Origin: Zygophlyctis sp. KS116
Lineage: Eukaryota; Fungi; Chytridiomycota
NCBI GenBank assembly: GCA_054661495.1
Contig: BAAFSQ010000182.1
Location: 1 to 20,208, forward strand
Direction: 5' to 3'
DNA length: 20,208 nt
Shown here: positions 10,911 through 20,208 of the stretch, one piece after another
Layout: every line of letters starts with the position of its first letter
Position numbering within the stretch: the stretch's first letter is position 1
Notes under the pieces: model-generated
The model's database searches: none
What the model was told of the DNA's origin: nothing
The model's input: the letters and a program-made list of their open reading frames with translations, nothing else
Position numbers and translations under genes: made by a program

Positions 10911-11635
10911 ATGGATCTACCCGATGAAATACTTGACCAGTCCATAATCAAAAACGAAAATACTTTAGAACCAATTCCAAATCATCATTTGCGCAACGTC
11001 CAATCTTTAATACTCAATGTCCGAACGTGTTTAAGTCAATTTTCACAGCTTTCAACTCCAAAATTAGATCTAAAATCGATTAGAGACTCAAATTCCTTGA
11101 GCGATCTCATCCCACTCTTGGAATCTTCCTTTGATCATCAAAATAGGATTAATCGCTTATCTATCTGCCTCCATAATCTAAATTTCACGGTTAATTTCTG
11201 GAATTTAATTGGAAATATCGCACTTCGAGTAATTTTATTATTATAATTATGAAGAATGTAATTGCCAAAGGTGAGAATAAAATCCAAGATTTATCAGTCA
11301 AAATTCAGTTACTAAATACAGAGTCTTATCAGCAAAAAAAGGAATTACAAGAATTAAATCAATCATTAGATCAAACTCAAAAAACTTTACATGAATCCAC
11401 TTTGAATCATGCAAAAGAAATATATTTACAAAAACTCTCTTTAATCAAACAACAAGAAGCCATAAAGGCCTTACAGGGACGCGGAATCTTTCGTCTATTA
11501 CTGTCTTTTCTACGATACAAATTCCCATTAATACCCATTTCAATCTTAATAATAATGATTAGCCGTAAATACAAGGGAATATCCAACAGCTTAATCATGA
11601 TCATACTTATACTATATTTTCAAGCAGGGCAGTAA
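10911..11635 (+). CDS. Hypothetical coiled-coil protein with C-terminal hydrophobic (TM) segments, about 232 aa; intron 11229-11254; 3' end uncertain
   Basis: Two ORFs join in phase 0 through a 26-nt GTAATT..AAG intron. It has a Q/E/K/L-rich heptad region and the hydrophobic stretches FPLIPISILIIMIS and LIMIILILYF. Confidence 0.6.
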
Positions 11636-11650
11636 TCTGTATGGTATGGA

Positions 11651-11695
11651 TTGATCATGTTATGTTGATCATTTTGGTTATGTTGATCATGGTAA
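11651..11695 (+). repeat. Short imperfect tandem repeat (GTTATG)TTGATCAT, three copies of the TGATCA palindrome
   Basis: Reads ttgatcat-gttatg-ttgatcat-tttggttatg-ttgatcat-ggtaa. Confidence 0.6.
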
Positions 11696-11758
11696 TTATA
11701 GATCAACTTGAAAATATTCGGACTCTTGGAAATTGAAAACGAAGACTCCGCAAGGTTA

Positions 11759-14198
11759 ATGTCAATTGGATTGAAATCAATGAAACAAAAGACTTTAAAT
11801 TCCTTTTTTGCACCAAAAGGCACTTCCGCTCTGACTAAACCATCTGCTTCATTAAGCCAAACAACTGCATCATTGTCCCCTGTGAGTAAGGCCATCGGCG
11901 CTCAACAAGAACTGTTATCGCCCGCCAAAAGACATAAATGCATTGATAAGGAAAATGCAAAGACGTAAGACTATTATTCACTTATTTCTAGTCCCAGGTG
12001 ACTTTAAACAGTTTATGATTAGTGTTGGACCTTTAATAACTTATGCCAGTTTGGTCGAGACCTTTGATAAAATTCAGGAAACTACAAAGAGGTAAATATA
12101 TATTTTATCAATAATAGATTGGAAATTCTAAAGTATCTGACGAATTATTTTATTAATGTGATTCAAACGTCTCCTGATAACCTGATTGATGCAATATATT
12201 TATGCTTAAATAGAGTAATTTATTACTATTAAATTGGAAAGATTGGGCCTGAATATGAAGGGAAAGAATTGGGAATTGGGGAATCTATTTTGATTAAAGC
12301 GGTTGCAAATGTTACTGGAAGAAATGTGAGTAGTATTAAAAAGGATATGGATAAGCAAGGAGATTTAGGATTAGTGGCTCAAAGTAGTAAGTCAAATCAG
12401 AAAACAATGTTTATTCCGGCTGCGTTGACACTCTCATTTGTATTCAAATCATTGAAAGAAATATCCGAAATTACAGGGACTAGTTCGCAACAAAAGAAAT
12501 TAGATAAAATAAATCGGCTTCTTGTTGCGTGTACAGGGAGTGAAATAAAGTTTATTGTTCGGTAAAATATTATATTCTAACTTAATTAGATCTCTAGAAG
12601 GAAAATTAAGAATAGGTCTAGCAGAACAGACTGTAATTACTGCTCTTGCTCATGCGGCGGTTTTATCTTGTCCAGGTTAAATCTAGTTTATTAATTTTAG
12701 AAGCTCAATCTTGGTCTGAAGAGAAAAAAACACGCAAGGCAGCAGAGAGTGTTTTAATTGTGAAGCAGGTGTATTCAGAAATTCCAAATTACGATAAAAT
12801 TGTTCCGGTATTGTTGGAACATGGAGTGGAAAATCTTTCAAAATACTGCAAACTTACTCCTGGTAACAATAATGATTTTATAAAGTAGGAATTCCTTTAA
12901 AACCTATGCTGGCTCATCCCACAAAAGCTATTTCAGAGGTTTTAGATCGATTTGAAAATATGAGTTTTACTTGTGAGTTCAAATATGATGGAGAAAGAGC
13001 ACAAGTAGGATTTTATTATAAATTTTGTAGATTCATATGCTCGAAGGTGGTAAAATTATGATTTTTAGCAGAAATTCTGAAAATCTTTCTGGAAAATATC
13101 CAGACTTGATTGAACGAATGCCTTTGGCTCCTAAAGAGGGAACTAAATCTTTTGTAATTGATTGTGAAGCTGTTGCATGGGACTCTGACAAAAAATGTAT
13201 TCTTCCGTTTCAGGTTTTAAGCACACGGAAGCGAAAGGCAAGATTTATAATTTACTTACATACCAGGATGTCCAGACTGCTGATATTAAGGTCCAAGTTT
13301 GCATATTTGCTTTTGACTTACTGTATTTGAATGGGGAGGTACTTTTTTCATCAATTATTCAAATCAAAGGCGCTCGTGACTAGATCTTTTATAGAGCGTA
13401 GAAGTCTTTTACATCAAAGTTTCAATGAAATTGAAGGAGAATTTGCTTTTGCAAAGTCAATGACTGGAACTAATATTGAGGAAATTCAAGCATTCTTAGA
13501 TGAATCTGTTACTGGTTATATTTAATCTTTTGATTATTAGGTAATTGTGAAGGATTGATGGTGAAAACATTGGAAAAAGAAGCATCATATGAGCCTTCTA
13601 AGCGATCACGTAATTGGCTAAAGGTATTTTGTAGATATTTTACGCCAGGTTAAAAAAGATTATCTGAGTGGAGTTGGTGATAGTCTAGACTTGGTAGTCA
13701 TAGGAGGATATACGGGAAGAGGAAAAAGAACTGGCTGGTATGGAGGATATTTACTGGCTTGTTATGATCCAGATCATGATGAATATCAGTCCATTTGCAA
13801 GGCAATATTGATATACTAAATAATAGATTGGAACTGGATTTTCTGAAGAAGCATTGGCAGAACAAGCCAAATTCTTTAAAGACCATATATTAGATAAGCC
13901 AAAGTCTTACTACCGCTTTACCGACACTCCCAATCTGCGCCCTGACGTTTGGTTTGAGCCTGTTCAAGTTTGGGAAATTAAATGTGCTGATCTTAGTATA
14001 TCTCCAGTACATCAAGCAGCAACAGGAATCGTGGATCCTAATAAAGGCATTTCGCTTCGATTCCCAAGATATATTCGTACTCGTGAAGATAAAAAGCCTG
14101 AACAGGCAACATCATCTCAGCAAGTAGCTCAATTTTATATGTCTCAGAATATTAATCATGGCAAAGATGCACCTAAAGATGATTTTGAAGATTACTAA
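11759..14198 (+). CDS. CDC9: DNA ligase I, about 697 aa (start at 11759 or 11780); introns 11965-11991, 11998-12022, 12092-12117, 12215-12241, 12562-12589, 12676-12700, 12863-12888, 13005-13030, 13238-13266 (GC-AG), 13339-13369, 13515-13540, 13624-13648, 13802-13826 (GC-AG)
   Basis: N-terminal PIP box QKTLNSFF; [12 protein letters not shown]; [15 protein letters not shown]; [14 protein letters not shown]; adenylation motif [10 protein letters not shown]; [11 protein letters not shown]; CEGLMVK; WLKVKKDYL; CKIGTGFS; [15 protein letters not shown]. Confidence 0.97.
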
Positions 14199-14227
14199 AT
14201 TTTTATAAACAAAAAATATTTGTTTAC

Positions 14228-15756
14228 ATGTCTGACTATCATCATGATCTTTCCGCCGAATCCGACCGCAACAACAAGACATCAGTATTAAACTCTTCTC
14301 ATTTTATATCTATTATCGCAGCTAGTATGGTGATGCTCACTGCTGGATGCATTTATGTTTTTTCTCTTTGGGGGCCAAAGGTAAGCGGAATATCTCTTAT
14401 AATAGTTTGCCTCAGAGCTGGAATTGACGCAATCTCAAATATCGTTTGTCGCAGCAGCAGGTAATAATGGACTCTATGTTTCAGCACCGGTCGTTGGATA
14501 TTTAGTTGATCATTATACCAGATATTCGCATGCATTCTTGATAGTCGGAGGATCATTGATTTATACTGGATATGGATTATTAATCCTCGCTTATTACAAA
14601 ACCATAGATGTAGGATATATTACTCTCGCAATTTTTAACGCATGCGTTGGAATTGGTGGTGCATGCTGCTACGGATACTCTTTAGCAACTAGTACATTGT
14701 TTGTATTAATGATTAGATGTAAGAAATTGGCCTGCTACTCATAGAGGAATTGCAGTTGGAATTCCTGTCGCTGTATTTGGTCTAGCAGCTTTTGTTTATA
14801 GTCAGATAATACGAGTATTTTTCTTGAAAGAGGATGGATTAGATGTCCGTAGCTCTTTACAAATGATGGGAGGAATGGCTTTATTATTGAATATAATAAT
14901 CAGTTTTATCTTGACAGATCAAAGAAAAGAATCAAATCTAAACAATAGAGAATTGATAGATTTACAAGAAGAAAGCGAAGAATTATTAGTCAATACTTCG
15001 GATTTGGCTATACCAGATCCAATACTATTAGAGAGATCACCCTCACAATCTGTAAAATACCGAAATCCTCCAACTGTTCAAGATTCAATAAGGCGAAGAA
15101 TCTCTGTTCCTGCTGTTGAGCATCAAATAAACCAAGAAATTTCAATATTTCGGTCTATTGATGCTTATTTACTAGGAACTGTATTATTACTCTGTGCTGG
15201 AATAGGACTCATGTACATAAACAATTGTGGTGCTATTATCAAATCTTTAGTCCCAAATTCTTTAGAGTCTGAAAAATATCAAAGCTTTCATGTTGGAGAA
15301 GTATCAATAGCTTCATTCTTAGGAAGACTTTTTGCAGGAGCTCTTTTAGATTTACTAAGTAAAAGAATTGGCCTAAATCTCCTCTTTTGGCCATTTTTAT
15401 CTGCATTTTTCTTATTACTAGGAAGCTTATATGGTGGATGGATTATAGAAAGTATTACTCAGCTATATCTACAAACTTTCTTGATTGGATTTGGCTATGG
15501 AATCTTATGGACTGCCATACCGGTACTGGTTGGACATTATTTTGGCATTGAAAACTTTGCCTTTAATTGGGGATGGTTCCAGGTATTACCTGCTATCGGA
15601 GGACAAATAACAAGTGCAGTTTATGGTCTGATCATTGATTCATTTTTAGAAGGATTATGTTTTTCCAAAAGTTTCAAGTTGACCGCAGGACTTTGCGCCA
15701 TTGCAATACTTTGTACTGGAATACTGTATAAAAGATCACAAAATTCGATTCAGTAA
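14228..15756 (+). CDS. Major facilitator superfamily transporter (MCH1/nodulin-like), about 492 aa; introns 14381-14405, 14692-14716
   Basis: Many TM helices in two halves around a hydrophilic loop. Motifs AGCIYVFSLWGP, NVRNWPATHRGIAVGIPVAVFGL, SFLGRLFAGALLD and YFGIENFAFNWG. Confidence 0.88.
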
Positions 15757-15757
15757 A

Positions 15758-16122
15758 TTATGATTTTGCTGAACATGCTACAACTATTTTTGATGAATAA
15801 AATCTTAAAAACCTTTAATACGATCAGCAGAAACTGTTTCGGTTTCAAATTTGAACGTTGGGTTATCAATTACAAAAGTCCACACATCATCGCAAAATCG
15901 GTAAACGTTCAACTTCCCCTTCATGACGGTTTTAGATTTGACTTTTGTGTGAAGTGCCACAGCCATCGATGCATCAAACTTGTTTTAAGTTAAAGTTTCA
16001 ATTACTTGAGACAAAACTCTCATGGCAGACTGTGGATCTAATGATCCGTCCTGGATTAGTTCATCCAATGTATCGGTAAGAGCAACACCGAGAGAGGATT
16101 GTCTGTACAGTTCATAAGACAT
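15758..16122 (-). CDS. TOA2: Transcription initiation factor TFIIA gamma (small) subunit, 102 aa; introns 15979-16005, 15784-15812
   Basis: Manual translation gives [39 protein letters not shown]|[55 protein letters not shown]|VVACSAKS*. The YELYRxSSLG and [10 protein letters not shown] motifs are diagnostic. The gene is not in the supplied ORF track. Confidence 0.95.
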
Positions 16123-16178
16123 TTTCAGACAGCCTAACCTCAAAGATTGCTCAAAACTTTCAAAACTTTATACTAGTT

Positions 16179-19100
16179 TTAAATTATAATACGTCCATCA
16201 GTTCGATTTGGATTCAAGTCATCAGCAACCAATCTAAATATCTTTCCTCTCTCTTGCCACTTTAATCGACGTTTCCAACGTGTCAAATCAATGTGATCAG
16301 CAGCTTCCATAGCAGATCTTCTTTGAAGAGATATTATAGACCAGCGAATCCAGTCAAATAATTTAGAAAATTTCTTAAATATCCAAGCTTCACAAATCCA
16401 TGATACTAAAAAATGCGCAAATATTAGACCTATTATATACAGTCTGGCATTTAAAGGAATCGAAACTAATTCTAAAATATCCATCATAGGAAGAGGCTCC
16501 CATATGGCTATATATGCTGTAAATCCCCAAAGAAATACAAAATTTATAACAAATGGTACTATCATGTTAGATTTAATAAATGAATTACTATTCTTGATTG
16601 AATTTTCACGGTATGGTGCTCCTGTGTTATACACAAATGCAACAGTCATGTACTGAAATGTTGATAAATAAAATAAAGCAGTATTTTCCATGGATGGGAA
16701 CATGGCATCCTCCTCTTTGATTCCTGGTCTATACCAATCACTTTGAGCTTGTATCCAGTGAAATAACCAAAACTGAAAAATCACCTGTAGAGCGATTTGC
16801 CCAACAAGACTAGTTAAAATATATTTAGACATGAGTGATGCAGTTGGTCGTTTCTTACATATTTTTGAATGTGGACCTGATCTCCCCATAAATATTGCAA
16901 TTGGAATCACGATAAATATGTCAATGTAAAGAAACTGAAAATCTCCTAGATTGTTTCCTTGCGAATAGAGTAAAGAAACAGATGTAAATTGAATCAGTGA
17001 ATATAGCGCCATATACTTGAAGCAGCTAAACGATGTAACCAGGGCTGCTCGTCCCTCTCTAATTATTCGCAATACACATGATAAGTCTTTTGATTGGGAA
17101 GTGAATGGTGCTGCCACAGATGCTTCTGCTTCTGAAAGAGATAGTCCAACGTCAGCATTTTTCAAGGCCCCACAGTCGTTTGATCCATCACCAGTAAAGC
17201 CCACACAATATCCTAATTCTTGGAACCTCTCTACCAAAAAATGTTTTTGGTCAGGAGACATGCGAGCAAATATTTGGCATTTGATCAACATCTTCAGATT
17301 AATTATGAGTTGACTTACCTTTTGTATACTTTCTTCGGAGGCGAAATCTAACATCCATGAGAAAACCTCACCCGTGATCGCCAAAAAATATTCTGCATTT
17401 TCTGGTTTTTGGTATTTAGAATTATAGATGGGATTATCCCCAATTTCAGGTGTTTCTAAAAACAATTCCATGTATGATATCGGGTCTACCTTACTTATTT
17501 CTTCATCTACATTTTCCCAGACAATAGAAGCATCAGGATCAATTGGGGAGCCATGAATAAACCTTGGAATGTATATTCGGGCCAAAGGACTTACTAGTCC
17601 ACATGCTCTTGATACAGATATTGAGGTCAGTACATTATCTCCTATTGCAGTTAGAAATGGAGAAATATATACCTGTTACCATCACCTGTCGAATATTGGC
17701 ATCGTTTAGTTCTTTTACAACTGATGCTGTCCCAGGCTTGAGCTTATTTTCAAATATTATGAATCCCAAAAACCGAATATTTTCTTCGACTGTCGACCTT
17801 CTCAAATCATGTACATCCGATGGAGACATTCTTGACAATGTATTGTGTCCAATCGCAATAACTCGATAACCGTGATGAGAATAATATCTTAACTGCTCAT
17901 TATAATTCGAAGGAATAGAATAAGGATCGCAGATCATCTCCATAACCTCGGGTGCACCTTTGACAAATACTTCATACTCCGAAGAAGTTTCTTCTGATAT
18001 AATATGTAGTGATGAGTTAGAAGGAAGACGGTAGCGCTTAATAATAACTGACATGCGCCTAAGAGAGCTTACAAAATCAAAAGTACGGACGACCCCAATT
18101 TTAGAGATATAATTATTTGAAGATATGTTTGAAGAACGTGGTTCAACCAAAGGAATATGTCCAAATTGATCAACTACAGCTGCATTCTCACTTATCTCCC
18201 ATCCAGTGAATGTAAACATCTTGAGATCTAAAGGATCCCCGACTAAGTCACCATCAACCACTTTGATTGAATGACAGGTGGCCATAGCACAAATAATTAA
18301 AGGATATTCATATTCTTTTTCAGCGTTTGGATGTCCAGGAATAGAACCATATTTTAGTGAGACCCCTGAAATTTTTGTCAAAGAGAGAGCTTCTGAATTA
18401 GGACTTCCTACATTTTGCTGCTCTAAAATAGGACGAGGAACTACTTCTTCTGCTTGCGTATATAAACGAGAAAATCGACAAGATCCTTCGTTTGGGCTGC
18501 TTGCACTAGTCAACATTTGTGAAGTCCAAGACGTTGTATCTTTAGAGGGAACTGTGAATCTAAATCCGAGAACATCTAATCCTTCCTCTGTCAATGTCCC
18601 AGTCTTGTCAAAGCACATCAAATCAATTTTCCCGCAAATGTTCACACGGGGAGGACTGATACAATAAATCAACCCCTTCTTGAGACGACTGATTGCAAAA
18701 CTAGTACCAATTGCCATTGTAGCTGGAAGGGCAGGAGGAACCACAATTGTAATCAAATCCAAGGCTCGCACAAAAATCAGTGCCCAAGAAACACCCATCA
18801 ACAAAAAATTGTAAAATGATACAATGAATCCTATACCTGCAATAAGTGCCAAGACTCCAATAAACCGAAAAGAATCTCTGTAAAATTTAAATTTGTTTGG
18901 CTTGGGAAATAACATGGAACGAATTAAATTTCCTTTTGTAGTATTAAAACCAGTTCTGACAACCATTGCCAAAGCACCAATTACACGCATTTCAGACTTC
19001 ATTGCCTCTACTCCATCAAAGCTAAAATTAGAATTTGAAGCTCCAGCCGATGCTCTTGATCTAATTATTTTTGTCCCTGAAAAAAGAAAATATCGAGACA

Positions 19101-20187
19101 TACTACTAATTGCAGCCGGATCTTCCTTTTCAAAATCTAATTCTCTTAATTCAGCTTCAGCAATCGGAGACTTTGAAACTGGAAGACTTTCTCCAGTCAA
19201 CATTGATTCATTCACAATACAATCCCCATTTAGTAAAACAGCATCAGCTGGAAAATCAGTAATAATCCCAGGAGTAACTTCAAAAACATCACCTGGTACT
19301 AAATCAGCAGAATCCAAAGTTATCCATGCTCCAAACCTCCAAACCTTCATTGTACAACTAAAAGTACTAAATCTCCTTAATTTACGCATATTTAATTTAG
19401 TTTCATACAAAGTTGCCAAAATTGAAGCTATTGAAATCAAGAGAATAACTGATGCATAATAATAATAATTATCAACCGACCATAAAATAATACTTGCAAT
19501 TTGAAAAAGAAAAAATGGATGAAGAACTTCATCAATCAGTATTTTACTTGTCGGTTTTTCTTTAATTTGAAGATTATTACTCTTAAATAACACTTGACGC
19601 CTTGCTAAATCCCCTGAATCCAATATCCCATCAAAAGCCCTATCCATACTTTCCCATTTACTATCTCTCCATATATCATTTGGCACAAATTCACAACTAT
19701 GAGGTGAAAAAATAAATCTAATATAACGATATTCAAATGTCCTTAAAACATTAATAAATGCATTATTTCTAGTTTTTGGAAATGCATCAGATATTTTCCC
19801 TGAAAATGACGATTCACTGACTGGAGCAATCACCCCTTCCTCCCATTGATTTTCTATATAGACATGTGTAGCAATAGACATTGGACAAGGATCATAATTA
19901 AGAGACAATTTTAGTTTTGGGAACCAACGAGCAAGAATCCAAACAATTCCACCCGACAATGTATAACTTAGATTTGCCAATACAACCTTTGAAGAAGATC
20001 TTTTGTAAGCATGAATACTCAACTGTAAATCCTGGTCTATTTCAATTTCTTGACTTTTAACATCATCCATTACCGGAAAAGGATAGGACAATGTAGGAGA
20101 TGCAGTCCGAACATGAGGTGAAGATTGAGCCTTTTGATTCCCTTGAGTAGGCAATGGTTTTGTCAATAAAGGAGTTTTTGAGTCCAT
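16179..20187 (-). CDS. YPK9: P5B-type ATPase (YPK9/ATP13A2-5 family, polyamine transporter), about 1306 aa; introns 17642-17672, 17292-17318, 16559-16588; N-terminus may extend beyond the window
   Basis: NESMLTGES, P5B-specific VPPALP, phosphorylation site CFDKTGTLT, VKGAPE, MVTGDN (across the intron), FARMSPDQK, GDGSNDCGALK, SVAAPFTS and REGRAALVTSF. Two in-frame AT-rich inserts have GT..AG ends and branch-like TTAAT/CTAAC. Confidence 0.93.
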
Positions 20188-20208
20188 GAAAAAAATCTAA
20201 AAATTTTA

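Noticed and set aside
11651-11695. Repeat as a CRISPR array or transposon end
   Set aside because: The units are too short and few, there are no unique spacers or TIR/TSD, and the context is eukaryotic.
11708-11782. Dual-start mitochondrial/nuclear LIG1 isoforms as in yeast CDC9
   Set aside because: The upstream ATG adds only 7 aa (MSIGLKS), and the further TTG-initiated extension is acidic (EIENEDS), unlike a mitochondrial presequence.
178-14556. Other short overlapping or antisense ORFs in the track (e.g. 178-375, 1319-1507, 1538-1732, 3158-3382, 3777-3989, 5614-5844, 7057-7251, 8462-8680, 10327-10572, 11407-11604, 11620-11895, 13698-13886, 14353-14556)
   Set aside because: They lie in alternative frames or on the opposite strand of better-supported genes and have no recognisable motifs.
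15760-15993. 77-aa + strand ORF
   Set aside because: It is antisense to the TFIIA-gamma gene.
17165-17200. P5B hinge reads TGDGSND rather than the usual CGDGAND
   Set aside because: The substitution is conservative with the catalytic G-D-G-x-N-D intact, so it is not evidence of altered function.
17017-19459. Long + strand ORFs (17017-17313, 17564-17869, 18278-18667, 18893-19459)
   Set aside because: These are antisense shadows of the conserved P5B-ATPase frame with no recognisable motifs.
1-20208. Fragmented ORFs as pseudogenes, frameshift errors or an alternative genetic code
   Set aside because: Every break coincides with an AT-rich 23-34 nt GT(GC)..AG segment whose removal restores conserved motifs. 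All spliced CDS lengths are multiples of 3 under the standard code.
1-20208. Prokaryotic operon, viral/NCLDV segment or novel multi-gene pathway suggested by the gene density
   Set aside because: The genes are intron-rich eukaryotic housekeeping and flagellar genes with unrelated functions. I see no shared pathway and no mobile-element or viral hallmarks.

Overview
Eukaryotic, AT-rich genomic DNA, most likely from a zoosporic (chytrid-like) fungus. The fungal signal comes from a fungal-type GH27, an MCH1-like MFS transporter and a YPK9-like ATPase; the flagellar signal comes from ODAD4/TTC25. The ORF track is fragmented because genes are broken by tiny spliceosomal introns. By hand I reconstructed 12 protein-coding genes: eIF2-beta (5' partial), HEATR4-like, SETD3-like, GH27 alpha-galactosidase, an orphan coiled-coil ORF, M20D amidohydrolase, TTC25/ODAD4, an orphan coiled-coil/TM protein, DNA ligase I, MFS transporter, TFIIA-gamma (absent from the ORF track) and a P5B-ATPase. 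The genes are mostly ordinary; the architecture is what stands out. There are 45 inferred introns, all 23-34 nt (mean about 28), with degenerate donors, two GC-AG introns, frequent AAG acceptors and a probable 6-nt microexon. Only about 490 nt lies between CDSs in total, with convergent CDSs overlapping or 1 nt apart, tandem genes as close as 15-56 nt, and divergent ATGs 34 nt apart. I found no mobile element, CRISPR array, rRNA/tRNA or novel multi-gene pathway. All splice calls are manual inferences that restore conserved protein motifs; none is transcript-verified.
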